This document shows, piece by piece, positions 15,561-30,669 of a stretch of 64,000 bases of DNA (the stretch's first letter is position 1; each line of letters starts with the position of its first letter). Source of the DNA: the human T2T-CHM13v2.0 reference genome, Homo sapiens. The notes under the pieces were generated by a model, which was given only the letters and a program-made list of their open reading frames with translations, made no database searches and was not told the DNA's origin. Both the position numbers and the translations under genes were made by a program. The DNA lies in assembly GCF_009914755.1 (NCBI RefSeq), contig NC_060941.1. One strand, 5' to 3'.

Positions 15561-17082
15561 AGCTGCCCAGCCCTGGCTTTGAGTTCCAACTCCTCTCTTG
15601 CTTCCATGACCTTGAGTGAGCCACTTGACCTCTCTGAGCCTCACTTTCTGCTTTGTAAATTGGGGTTACTAATGCTTCATTCACAGGGTATTTGAAGGGT
15701 AAAGAGAGAATGTTCATGAACTTGTAGGGAGCAGTACCATATCATCAACTAGTAATTATTTTCCCAGCCCGTCACAGATAGGATCAATTCCTCAGCAGGA
15801 ATGCAGTGCCCCCTGCCCCCATTGCCAACAATGTCATAATTGCCCCTGCCTCTCCTCTCCAGCTACACCAAGCACACCCCCCATGCCTGTGGGTCCTGCA
15901 CGACCACCTGCCCATCATGTTCAGTCCTGCATCTCCACCCACCTGGACACCACCCCTCAGCCCTCCTCACAGCACTCTCTCTCTGTCCCAACTTCCCCAT
16001 GAGCCCCTCCTGCGTGCACCTGCTCGACCTCTAAGTCCATACAGTGGTGGTGCCAGAGGCCTCTCATCTCTGAGAGCAGTGGCCCTCCAGGATCCCACTG
16101 AAGGTTGCTATGATAACATAAGCTAACCATTACTGAGTTCTCACTAGGGGCCACACATGGTGCTGAGAGGTGTTTATCCTGTTCCCCTTTGACCTCTTTT
16201 CCCGCTACCTGCCCCTCCACCCCTGCCCACCCCACATTCCCCTTCAGCACAGATGCTCCCTGAGGGCCCAGTGATGCTGTCTTGCTCTCGTTGGCACCAA
16301 GCACAAAATAGGCAGTCAGGAAACCAGCATATTGATTGTTGAATGATTGAACAACGCTATGACCTGGCAGCTGTTACCCCCATACTATACAGTGGCTCTG
16401 AAAGGTTGGATCATTTGTCCAGGATCACAGAGGGACTGATGGAGGGTCCTGAGCCTTGGAGCATGAGTGAGAAGAGGGAGGGCTCAGTGGATCCAGCTCC
16501 CACTTCTAGCTTGGCACCACATGATGTCAACTATCCCTGGCCAGTAGATTCCAGAGGTCACTGTGTACCCCAGAGCCTTCACAGCCTGCAGCAAATAAAC
16601 CTGTTGAACTTAGCATTTAACCCAACTTGGCCTCAACTTCTTTAACCAATAATTCCTCTCCCACCCCCAGGGGAATTGATGTTTGCATTCAGGAAGCACT
16701 GGTCAGATCCAGGGTCCTGCCTAATGTAGAATCCCCCTGGAGCCCTCTCTCTGTTGGTCTTTTGGCCTTGCTGGGACCCAAACTTCTGGGTGCTCCTAGC
16801 TAGCAGGTCTGCAAAAGAATGTGGAACAAACATGTATTAGTCACCTGCTATGTACCACACACTCCCACCTTTGTGATGCTACTGATCAGCGCAGTAACGC
16901 TCTGACATAGGTGTTGATGTTTTATTTTTGTGGTTGAGGAAATGGAAGCTCAGAGAGGTGGAGGAAGTTGCCTAGAGTCACCCAGCTAAGTGGTGGTGGA
17001 AGCTGGCTGAGAATTCCAGTCTGTCTGCCTCCAAACCCAGTGCTCTTTTTGGCCACAGGGAGAAGCTGGAGCTTAGGCCTCT

Positions 17083-17224
17083 CTCCCTGCCCCCCACTTT
17101 CTCCCTTCACCCCCCTTTTCTCATTTCTAGTGCAGCAGCCCTCCCTTCCCAGGGCTCCCTGCCCCCCACATTCTCCCTTTGCCCCCCTTTTCCATTTCTA
17201 GTGCAGCAGCCCTCCCTTCCCAGG
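17083..17224. repeat. Two-copy tandem duplication, about 71-72 bp, pyrimidine rich
   Basis: ctccctgccccccac...catttctagtgcagcagccctcccttcccagg present twice. Confidence 0.85.
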
Positions 17225-18741
17225 CCTGTCTGGTGGTGCTTTGCTCCCACAGGCTCTTGCTCGGAGCTGTGAGATGCTGGTGCCGTTCTCAGGGGTCTCC
17301 TCTGTGCTGTGGCTGGGGAGCCATGGCCACAGGCATCCTGAAGCCGGGATCATGCCAGGCCCATCTCCCATGACCGTGGGCAAAGCCCTTGGCTTCCCTG
17401 GGCCCTTCTCCCCTGAGCTCTGCAGTGGGGCCATGGTGGCACGTAGCGTGGATTGAGTTGATAATCAGTGCCGCCCAAACTTCATCAAAGCTGAAAACCA
17501 TCTTTATGGTTTCTGTCTGAACCAGGTACCACCTGGGCTAATACTTACTTATAACACTTCATTTTTATGTAATCATCACTATCGTAATTGGAAAAACCAT
17601 GATCCCTACAGATAGAAGGTAATCATTAAAACAAGCACAGTTAAAACCAAAAAGTTACTAAGCTTCATCTGGTTATCACACTTGCTTAAGGCTTGGAGCT
17701 TAAAGCCCTCACTCTGTTGAATGGGCAATGAGCCAGTGTTGGAGAGGCATTAAAGACATAGCAGCTCAGGCCGAGGCCTTCTCTCAGGCAGAGCAAGATA
17801 GGAAACAGAGTGCCCCTCCTCCCTGGCGCAGCATCCTCTGTGTTGTGTCCAAGGGCTTCCTAAAGATGTCTCACTAGGCACCAAACGTGTTTCCCATGGC
17901 AAGCACTGGTTGATGTGATCCATTAGCAGGGGGAGCATGCTTGCTTTGAGTGTGGAAGGGATGACATTAACATTTAAGTTGGGACAACATGAGTGAACCA
18001 GGCCTGTCCTGACAAACCAACTCCTGTGGTCATCTTCTAGAAAGTTCTTTCTAGCTCCAGAATTCTTACCCCTCCAAAATGGCAGACCGCACTAGCCCAA
18101 GCCATCACCTCTTTCAGGGTTTTGTAGTTTGACTCTAAGACTTCACAGTGCCTTTGATTCAGCCAGGTTTCCAAAGAAAAGGACTGTACACCTCTCGCTT
18201 ATCATTGGTCTCCCTACTTCTGGCAGAGTGCCTGGTGCCTAGCAGACATGATATAACATTTATCAGAGCCTGAACTTAATTCATTATAAAATGCTAATGT
18301 GTGCCCAGCTCAGAGCCAGTCACTGAGTATGTGACGGTCACCCTGGCCTCATGGAACACACAAGATAGTGGGAGAGACTTTCATCAGGAAAGTGCCCGTG
18401 GACATCTGCAGTAGACACGGTGCCCTGATGAAAAACTGCTGGGAACTGTGCCAGGATGGAGAGGAGGAGCGTGGTCCCAGCCAGGGTGCAGGAAAGGCTT
18501 CTGGGAAGAGTGTGCTTGAGCTGAAATCAGAAAGCTGAGCAGGAGCCCCCCGGGGAGTGAGCACTGAGGCGAGGGCCTCTGTGCGCTGCCCTTCCTCAAA
18601 TGTTAGATGTGTAAAATGTCAGACCCTGAGGATTCCCTGGGCTGACTGCTTCCTTTCCAGATGGGGAAGGGAGGGTGTGGCTGGTGGGAGGCAGGTGGGG
18701 CCAGGACAGCCCTGCCATTCCCAACATCTCTGGTCCTGCAG

Positions 18742-18910
18742 GAGCACCCTCCGGCCATGAATCACCTGGACTCCAGCAGCAACCCTTCCTCCACCACCTC
18801 CTCCACACCCTCCTCACCGGCGCCCTTCCCGACATCATCCAACCCATCCAGCGCCACCACGCCCCCCAACCCCTCACCTGGCCAGCGGGACAGCAGGTTC
18901 AACTTCCCAG
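18742..18910 (+). CDS. KSR1: KSR1 coding exon (Ser/Thr-rich CA4, FNFP ERK-docking motif)
   Basis: ctgcag|GAGCAC ... CCCAG|gtacca; [26 protein letters not shown]...RDSRFNFP. Confidence 0.96.
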
Positions 18911-20463
18911 GTACCACATCTCCAGGCTTTTCTGGGTTCTAAGGGATACAGTCAGATCCCCTTCTCAGCAGACCCAAGTTCGGCAGATTCAAGGTCAGAC
19001 ATGGCCACAGCTAAGAGCTGATGTTTATGAAGTACTTGTCCGGCGCCCCAAGCACAATAGCTCTGAGGTTGATGCTGTTGTTTTACAGATGGGAATACTG
19101 AGGTTCAGAGAGAGGGAGGGGCTTGCCATGAGTTGTACAGCCTGTAAGTGGCAGAATGGAGATCAAACCCAAGTCTGTCTGACATAACATAATCCTCGCA
19201 CTGCCCTCCTCTTCATGGGGTGGCCTCTCCTGGGCAGTGCTCACTTTCTCGGGACTGGCTTCTGAGCTCCCAGGAGGCATGGCCAGCAACACAGGGAGCT
19301 AGAAGGCCTCAGGGAGGGAATCTGGGGTCCTGCTGCTTCCCACTCGTGATCTGGGTAAGCTCCTTCAAGGAGACCTCTCGTTCCCTTTATAAGATAGGTG
19401 ACCATGTAAAGTTGGAATTAGGTTGTTCCCATTGTGTGGATGAAGACACTGAGTCCCACAGGAGTTTAAAGCAGAGTAGACCTGAGCCAGAGCTGACCTC
19501 CAGCTCCACCCCAGCCCACTGCCTGGTGTCTGTGGGGAGAGGTCAGGATTCCAGCCTCTCCTGCCCTCAGCTGCTGGCCTGGGGGTGTCTGCCTCTCCAA
19601 GCAGCAGAGTGAAGCCCACCTGCCCATTTTGGGACTGAGCTGCTGCCTCGGCCTCCCTGGCAGCTCCTCAGAGTCAGTCTCAGCCTTCAGTTTATTACAG
19701 TTCGCAGTCCCAGAGGAAGGAAGGTGACTGTGACACTCCTGTTTGCTCTGGACCCAGCCACAGGCCGTCTCCAGCCCATAGAGTCCAGGTCAGGCCCCTG
19801 TCTCTGGCCTCTGGAGCTCCAGGTCCATGAGGACAGGCACAGCTCTCCCTGTGCCAGGAGATCCCCAGCTGGAGCCATACCCAGCCAGCAGGAGGCCAGG
19901 GAGCTTCTCCTGGGACTTCTTTTGGGGACGGTGGAGACGGAGATCTTGTAGGAATCTCTCTCTTTGCCTTCACCTCAGCACGCACGTGGCTGGATATCTC
20001 CTGACATTCACGCGTTGTCCTGAGCACACCCCTCCCCTCCCTGCATTGAGTGATGGCCCATTTGATTAACCTCCTCTCCCATTCTGCTCTGTCTTTATTA
20101 TGCTCTGAAACTGTGCCTTTTGCTAAACCTCCCAGTTTGGGTTTTTGTAAAAGCAAAGGGTGTGTTTGGAACACGGCAGTCACAGAAAAAGTTCTTTTTG
20201 CACAATCAGCCAGACCCTTGCTGCTTTCCCTGATGTCCCCAGATTGGGCCTTCATCGTCCCCTGCACAGAGGCCTCACTCTCTCCAAGATCCTGTCTCTT
20301 TGGTCGTGGCAGCACCAATGGGTCAACCCTCCCCCCAACCCCCACTGCCCGCCCGGCTGGCCCGGTGGTTCAGCTGGAGAAGGCACGCCTCCTATCGTCC
20401 CCTGCTCTGTGCTGTGCAGGGGCATTGCACTTGAACTTCAGGGGTAAACCTGGGAAAAGATTA

Positions 20464-22246
<1,783 letters not shown>

Positions 22247-22833
22247 TATTTACACCCCCATTTGACAGTGAGACAGCTGGAGAGGTTAGCCAACTCCCTA
22301 AGGTCCCAGAGCCTAGTTATGTGGCAGAATTGAGGTTGGAACATGCTGTCAGCTTCCAGAACCCCAGTGTATCCTTTTCAGTCACCTATGAGAGAGAGAG
22401 AAAAAAATGTGGGTAGGGAGTGGTAAGGTTGAGACACTCTGGAGGTACAGGTGGGGCTCAGGGGGAGGAGGCCATTCTTCCGTACATAACACTGTTAAAC
22501 TTTTCAGAATCACTGTTTCTCTCCCATTGTATTTTGCCCTTCTGGGCTCACATGCATTTCACAGAGTGCTGGTGACCGGAGACGGGGTCTTGGAATGCCC
22601 AATCCTCCAGTGCAAGCCCCTTTAGTCCTGCAGACTCCTGCCAGGGCCCATTTTCTCCCAGCTCTTTTCCTCCTTCCTGCATGGTTTGGCCTGTCCTTGC
22701 CAGGTCCATCTGGGGTAGGGCTGTCCCAGCCCAGTAACAAGTCCCTGCCTCCCAAGCCGGTACCTGCAATTCCGCTCCTCCCTCCTGCGTTGGCCGTTCT
22801 GTGTGTGTGACTCACCTCCTCTTCTGTTTAAAG

Positions 22834-22875
22834 CTGCCTACTTCATTCATCATAGACAGCAGTTTATCTTTCCAG
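22834..22875 (+). CDS. KSR1: KSR1 42-nt cassette exon (AAYFIHHRQQFIFP; B-KSR1-type insert)
   Basis: tttaaag|CTGCC ... TTCCAG|gtgagt; phase 1-1, in frame. Confidence 0.92.
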
Positions 22876-23366
22876 GTGAGTCCTTTGCATGGTTCCATTA
22901 ACTGCCCTTTGCTGTGACCCCTTCTGTCCTGCCCACCTGGGCAGGGCGCCCTCTCTCTGGGTACCTTTGGAGATACTTGAGTCTCCCTCCACCTGTTCTG
23001 AGAGCTGACTGCCCATAGAGGATGGGAAGAGGGCAGGGCAAGTGCCCTGGTGGTAGGCCTCTTACGTGAGAAGTTCTTGCTGGGAGGGACCCTGGAATCC
23101 ATCCCATCCAGCCTCTTGGCACAGAGACTGCAGGCAACCTTTTCAAGGTCACACTGCTAGGAGATGGCAGAAGGACTAGAATCTGGGTTTATAGAATGGG
23201 GAGAGGACTTTTTGCTAATGCCTTATGAGCATATGTCACCGTATCCTCCCTTGCACAATGATGGGAGGATATCTTATGCACAATGTCTTAGAGAAGTAGA
23301 AACCCATTTGGGAAGGTCTGCGGGCTTCTCTTAGTGGGCTTCACCCTTCTGTGCCTTACCACACAG

Positions 23367-23432
23367 TGCCATCTGCTGGCCATTGCTGGAAATGCCTCCT
23401 TATTGCAGAAAGTTTAAAGGAAAACGCTTTCA
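23367..23432 (+). CDS. KSR1: KSR1 66-nt cassette exon ([22 protein letters not shown])
   Basis: acacag|TGCC ... TTTCA|gtaagt; phase 1-1, in frame; peptide recalled from a long human KSR1 isoform. Confidence 0.8.
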
Positions 23433-25307
23433 GTAAGTCAATACATTGAGTCCCTTCTGCAAAAGTTGTTTTCTACACTTACTATGTACCAACCTTTTCA
23501 TTCCTGCCCCTAAAGTGCTTGAGATCAGTGCTTTTTACTGTAACTGAAGGTGATGAGCATAATGGTGTTTAAAACAAAGACTGTAGCTGTTTTTTTTTTG
23601 GATTGAACAGGACTGTCTTGAAGTCACAGTATTTTGGTTACTCCAGGCTTTTCTATTCCCTAAGCCAGCTCCATTAGGGGGTTGACTTGGAGCATCTGTG
23701 AGTCCTTAGAGGACCATCCATATGGCGTTGCTCAGGTGTGTGCAGGGCAGCAGTCAGGGCCCTGAGAACCCGCCTCCCGGAGGCTCCCTCTGAACAGCTG
23801 AGCAGCCTCTGCAGTTTCACACCGGTTTTTTGTTGTGGTTCCCCTGGTTACTAGCTCTAGGATGCACGCAGGGAATTACCCCAAAACATTGGGAAGATAT
23901 GGCTCTTCTCCCAGAAGGGTCCATTTTCCCCCGAAGATATGTCACAGGGAGGGCAAGGAAATACATTTTTATTAAAGCAAACGTGGACACATTTTGGAGC
24001 AGAATGCATGATACACTCTTAACTTTTAAGCAAAAGCATGAGGATTCAGAGAGGCATTTTGCCTTCCCATCTGGGGTTTGGGGAGAAACCACACCCCAAC
24101 TCTTACTACTTCCCTCATGCTTTAGGTGTGTGTTTGCCTCCTTTGGAACATTTGAGCAGTGTGGGATGGGTGGAAATGCCAGGCCCCTGCTGGTAGTCTG
24201 CAGACACACTGTGTCCGGGGGAGGCCTTACCGGTAGAGGCTTCTAAGGTTCTGATCCCCCAGAAATTGTGCACAGGATGTTGGGCACATGTGTGCATTTC
24301 CCTGATAAGAAGGCCCACGGCCTCTATCAGATTCTCCAAGTCTGTGAGGTCCCAGAGATGTTGACAGCCTGTGGTTCAGATGACCTTCAAAGGCAGAAGA
24401 AAGCCCTAGAAGAAGGTCGAGGGAGGTCTTTTGGCTGAGCGGGGAGAGTCTTTGTCCACACAGGCAGGAGAGAGGCCTTTGATAGCTTCAGCCACTGCCA
24501 CTTCCTGTCTCTCTTTTTGCAGAAAAGAGCGGGGAGTGAGCCGTCCATGGCGGCCCTGGGGCCACCAATCTCCCTGTAGCACTTTGGTTCCATGCTGGAG
24601 TAACCTTTGGTTCTGGTCTTCCTGGACGTGGGACTTTTAGCGCCAAAACTGGGAACACCCCAGGCTCAGGGATCAGCCCCAGCTGCCCACTCTTGGGCCC
24701 CTGATATGTGGCGTTTCTTCCTCTCCCCTGAGAGCTGCTCCACCAGTGACCCATACCTGAAGCCGAGGGCTCGGGGCCTCTGTGCTGGAAATTCCCAGCA
24801 ACTGTATCAGCCACCAGGTGTCGCTAATGAGCCACCTGCATGTCCTGCCACCGGCCTTGCTGGCCAAAGTGAGGGAATCTCATTAGTTTCAAGGGTTGTT
24901 GCAAGCAGCCCCTGCTTCCAAACAGCAGCTTTAGCCAGCCTGTCCAGTAAATGAGAGCCCAGTTTGCTTTTACCACTTGCTTGGTGGGGGGCAGTTTGGC
25001 CACAGGGGCGTGGTGGTAATGAGAAGTCTCACCCTCCCCACCTGCCCAGATCCCCTGCCCAGAGCCCCTGCCCAGAGCCCCTTCCTGAGACACAGCTGTG
25101 TATGCAGAAGCAGGTGCTGTGGAGGCTGCGTCCTTGCAAAATTTATGGAAGGGCCCAGGCTGGTCCTTGTGGGAGTGTCTGGGGAACATGTGGCAGTCCA
25201 CTCAGGGGAAAATCAGCCTCTCTGGGGGTGCTGGGTTTCAAGCACGGTGTCTCTTTGGGGAGAGGAAAGCAATCTCATGCTTTGTGTTTGGTTTTTGTTT
25301 CCTCCAG

Positions 25308-25362
25308 ACATTTCAGCCTTTGCACACGCAGCCCCGCTCCCTGAAGCTGCCGACGGTACCCG
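25308..25362 (+). CDS. KSR1: KSR1 coding exon (ISAFAHAAPLPEAADGTR)
   Basis: ctccag|ACATT ... ACCCG|gtaggc. Confidence 0.94.
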
Positions 25363-26153
25363 GTAGGCATCCCTAGGTGGTGTCCCCTTCGCTTCTTTGG
25401 GGAATTATTAAGGCTGGATCCATATCCCTGGCCACCTCCCACTCCACCTTTCCATCTCCAGCCAGCCAGATGCAGAACTCCCTGGGCTCATTCACCCTCT
25501 GGGCAAGTGAACTCCACAGAGGGTTTTATTTGCCTCCTATCAGTGCGGTCAACATTGGGTGGGGCCGCATGTGAAACTGGAGCAGTCTTGGGACCCAGGC
25601 GGGTTGGATAGAGGGCATTTGGAGTTAGAGAAGCCTAAGAATAGCTCCTGTGCAGAGCCCTTTCTCTACCAGGCCATGCTGAGCACTTGACTCACATTCC
25701 CGCATCTCACCCTCAGCGCGGTGGTAGGTATCAAAGTAGGTGTCATTCTTAACATACAGCCAGCCCAGAGAGGTTAAGAAATTACATAAGGTCACACAGC
25801 TAGGAAGCGATAGAGCTGGTTTTCCAAGTTGAGGCCGTCAGATTCCGAGTCCTGTGGGTGTGCTCTGAGACCCTGTGTAGCAGTGTCACATCTGAAAAGG
25901 GGCTTTGGGGATCACTGCCCACCTCTCAGCCCCCACCACCCTCAAGTTAGCCTAGGGAAGGCTGAGGCTGCACAAGGGGCAGGTCTGGCCCTCAGCCTCC
26001 TGCCTATTGCCATGCTATCCACGCGGCCTTTCCCCTAGCCAGGTGTGAGTCAGAGTAAGTACCTTTGTCTCAGATCTCTCCCGGGAGTCCCCGCTAGCTG
26101 AGAGCAGAGCGGTGTTCCTCAAGGTCTCCTTGACAAACCTTGTTTACTCTTAG

Positions 26154-26202
26154 GCTCGATGACCAGCCGAAAGCAGATGTGTTGGAAGCTCACGAAGCGG
26201 AG
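26154..26202 (+). CDS. KSR1: KSR1 coding exon (LDDQPKADVLEAHEAE)
   Basis: tcttag|GCTCG ... GCGGAG|gtgagg. Confidence 0.94.
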
Positions 26203-26907
26203 GTGAGGGTGACACACACGTGTCCACAGATGGCCCCCCCTCTTTTTTCCCTTCCCCATCTCAGAATGCGCAGGGGGCTTGAGGGTGAGTGGGTTCTGGA
26301 CTTTGGCAAGGGCTGTCCCAGGCACCCATTGCAGAGGTGCATGTCAGGGAAGAACGATGAGGAATGCAATGGAGCAAGCTTGTCCAAGCTCTGTCTTCCC
26401 CACACTCCCCAGGTGATTGTAGCCAGGGTCAAGAACCACTGCCTTGACCCTTGAACAAAAGTGTCAGCCAAGGCTGGATCCCTCCATTGCATTATGGCTT
26501 GGAGAATGTTAACAGACTGATTTACTCCTGCCCAGGGGAGAGTCAGAAACTCTGTGTTTAAACAAGAGTTCCAGAAGGATGGATGCAGTGAAATTCTTCT
26601 ATGCCAGGGATGCTCTTGCTCTTTCCTGGACAATTAGATGTTGCTCACAGGTAGGTATTGGAGTATTAGCATGATGAAGGGCCTCAGGTCACCGGGGCCA
26701 GCCGCCACATATTGTGGATGAGGACATTGAGGTCCACTGATGCTAAGTGAGCTGCACAGCAGGCCAGTGCAGAGCTGCAACTACAACCTGGGTCCCCTGG
26801 CAGGATGCCTCTCTCCCCTGTTACCTGGCTAGGGCTCCAGGAGAAGGAAGAGACGTCGCAGAGCCCAGATCTGCTGCCCATCCCTGTTCTTCCTGCTCTC
26901 CTTTCAG

Positions 26908-27287
26908 GCTGAGGAGCCAGAGGCTGGCAAGTCAGAGGCAGAAGACGATGAGGACGAGGTGGACGACTTGCCGAGCTCTCGCCGGCCCTGGCGGGGCCCC
27001 ATCTCTCGCAAGGCCAGCCAGACCAGCGTGTACCTGCAGGAGTGGGACATCCCCTTCGAGCAGGTAGAGCTGGGCGAGCCCATCGGGCAGGGCCGCTGGG
27101 GCCGGGTGCACCGCGGCCGCTGGCATGGCGAGGTGGCCATTCGCCTGCTGGAGATGGACGGCCACAACCAGGACCACCTGAAGCTCTTCAAGAAAGAGGT
27201 GATGAACTACCGGCAGACGCGGCATGAGAACGTGGTGCTCTTCATGGGGGCCTGCATGAACCCGCCCCACCTGGCCATTATCACCAG
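26908..27287 (+). CDS. KSR1: KSR1 coding exon (acidic linker with DEVD, kinase N-lobe: GQGRWG, VAIR, RQTRHEN)
   Basis: tttcag|GCTGAG ... ACCAG|gtaacc; RAF-like kinase subdomains I-V. Confidence 0.97.
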
Positions 27288-27455
27288 GTAACCAAGCCCT
27301 AGGACCTCATGCTGGATGGCCAGCTCAGCCTCCCCCTTCCCAGGGAGCCCTGTTTGTGTGGATGCCCTAGAGGGTGTGGAAGTTCTAATAGAGGCATAAA
27401 GAAGAAAACCAAAAATGGGGTATAACTTCCTAATCACATAACCGCATTGACACTA

Positions 27456-27748
<293 letters not shown>

Positions 27749-28041
27749 CTAAGTTTACAGAAGATCAAATGTCCATAAAAGGTACAGAGTGAAAGCCAGT
27801 CTTCTCCCACTGCAACTGAGCGCTTCTCCCCAAAGTCAGAGACACTATAAACAGTTAACATTCCTTCTGTTAAAAGGAAGACATTTGCATATACTCACGT
27901 TTTTAAACTGTTTATTCCTTTTTGTAAAAATACAAAGGAGAGATCATGCTGGCTCACACCTTGCCTCCTGCACCCGATTGTGGGTCTGAGGTCTACTCTC
28001 TTCTAACACCTGCACAGTATCCCCATCACGTAGGCTGAACC

Positions 28042-28225
28042 CAGTGGTGTGCTGGTAAATGTGTAACAACCAGTTTTGGGGCAGTATGGAGGGAAGCCCT
28101 AATTTATAACATCCATCACTTCCTGTGGTGTAAATACTCTCACCATGGTCAATTTCAGACTACCAATGTTATCTCCTGGAGTGGAGTAGAGTTGGGAAGA
28201 GTTGTATAATCAAGAGCTGATCACT
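28042..28225. mobile_element. MER63-like hAT element
   Basis: cagtggtgtgctggtaaatgtgtaacaacc terminus. Confidence 0.55.
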
Positions 28226-28321
28226 GGTGGTCCCGTAATTTATTTACAGAACAAGACTCCATCTCAAAAAAAAAAAAAAAGTAGTTAATGAAAAACAAAA
28301 CAGGTAATTAATTAATGATAA

Positions 28322-28605
<284 letters not shown>

Positions 28606-29387
28606 TGAAACAGGAAAATATTCATTAACAAAAAAATCTTACTTTGTTTAGAATACGCTGAAGAAAAGTGGGACACAGATAAGGAAATCACCAACCAATA
28701 TTCTCTACCCCTTGCCTGGTTTTCAAAGGCTCTGAGACTCCAAGAATATTTTCCTAAAAACATAGTCCCTTCCTAAGATAGCTCCCTTGGACCCACATTC
28801 TCTCTGGGTCCCTCCTCACCCGGGGTTTTAGGAGTTGATGCAGGTGGCGACCCCAGAACTGAAGCTCCTTTTCCAGTAGTCACCTTGACGCCCCTAACAT
28901 CTACCCCACCCCCTTTCCCTCCTTGCACACTCCTTTATTGTAATAAAAACCCTGTGATCAAGAAAAAATGAAAACTATAATGAGATTCTTGACAGTGAGC
29001 CCCAGAGCCTTGATGTTGCCTGTTGATGCCCTTAAATTAGCCAAGTTCTTCCCCATCAGAGTGGTCCTGCCTTGAACCCACCAAGCATGGCTACTCTGAG
29101 TTCCTGAGAGCTTTGATGCACTGTTTCCTGTTGTAGGATGGGCAGGCACTGGCTCTCAGGGAATGGGGGTTTGTGTGCGTGTACGTGTGTGGTGTCATGT
29201 GTTTCTGCACGTTCAGGCCAGGCCCCAGCAGGACTGGGCTGGGTTAAAGAAGATTTGGCTCACAGTCGAGGGGCTGGAGAGAGTCCTTGCAGGCAGACGG
29301 GCACAGTTCTCCCCATGGGCTCCACCAGGGTTGGGGTCAGGCCGCACCAGCCCCAGACTTGTGCTTGACCCCCACCACCCTCGACAG

Positions 29388-29484
29388 CTTCTGCAAGGGG
29401 CGGACGTTGCACTCGTTTGTGAGGGACCCCAAGACGTCTCTGGACATCAACAAGACGAGGCAAATCGCTCAGGAGATCATCAAG
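29388..29484 (+). CDS. KSR1: KSR1 kinase exon ([33 protein letters not shown])
   Basis: cgacag|CTTCTG ... ATCAAG|gtgagg. Confidence 0.96.
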
Positions 29485-30669
29485 GTGAGGGGGTGCCCAG
29501 CTGCTGGGGGTGGGTTTCTGGCCGGTTCCAGGGCTCTCGGCTGTTCCTCTCGCCCTGTTACTCCCTGTTAGGGTGGTTTGGGCAGCTTTGCCTCTCCTTC
29601 TAGCTCAGGCTCCTCAAGGGTGGGACCCCATCTCTTCCTCCCTGTCTCTGTCTCATTCATTCAGAGCTGGGAGCTGATTGTCCACATGATTAGGCTTGAT
29701 GGAATTGACTTGGTTGGGAAGGAACTTGGCAGGCTTTAGAGGCCAGTTTCAATCCTGGTCACACCCTTTGTGTGACCTTGGGTAGGTTTAGCCTCTCTAA
29801 GCCTCAGTTTTCTCCCCTGTAAAATGGGGATCTTCATATATCCTCCCTCTCTGGATTGGTGTGAGGTTAAAAACGCGATAATCCATGCTGTGGGGTACAC
29901 AGGAGCCCTGGGTCTGGTGTTTGAAGACAGCTTGACCTTGGATGAGATCATGCCTATGTCAGGTCACCCACGCTCCATGCACCTGACTCATCAGTGTTAG
30001 TTCAAATAGAGCATTGGTTAGAAATCACCCACTGCCACCTCTTCGCTTGATAGGTGAGGAAACCAGTCTTCAGAGAAGTTGAGCACTGTGTCCAAGGCCA
30101 CAGAGTGAGTGAGAATCTGAGCTGAGATGGAGTTCAAACCCCAGATTTCTTAGTCCAGGGCTCCTTCTACTACAGCTCAGACATTAGGAGCACTCAAAGT
30201 TGGGGACCCCGCTGTGGGAATGCCTCTCTGTTCCCCCACCTTGAGCCCTTGTCCTGCCTGAGAGCACAGACCAGCTGTGCATATCCTGACAGAAAACCCC
30301 AGCTCATTTAGGCCCTTTATGACTGTACACTGATAAATCTCACTGTCCCTGACCCCCCGGCTCCCTGCCCATCACCCTGTTCACACCTCCTACCTTAGCC
30401 AAGGTTAACATGGTTGTTTAGAAGCATGGTAACATTAAAAGAGCATAGACCGGTCTGGGATCAGATCTCAGCTCTGCTTCTTCACTGCTGTGTGGCTTGG
30501 AGCAAGTGACTTTCCCTCTCTGAACCTCGATTTCTTCTTCTGTAAAATGGGGACAATATACTGCATGGAATTGTGAAGATCAAATATGGGGATTTAGGTA
30601 AATCATCCAGCCCAGGGTGGCACCTCCGTCATCGTTGCACATCTTCACTCCTCCTGATGTGTCCTCCAG

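Noticed and set aside
19695-20345. 216-aa minus-strand ORF
   Set aside because: Non-ATG start, no recognisable domain, intronic; consistent with chance in GC-rich DNA
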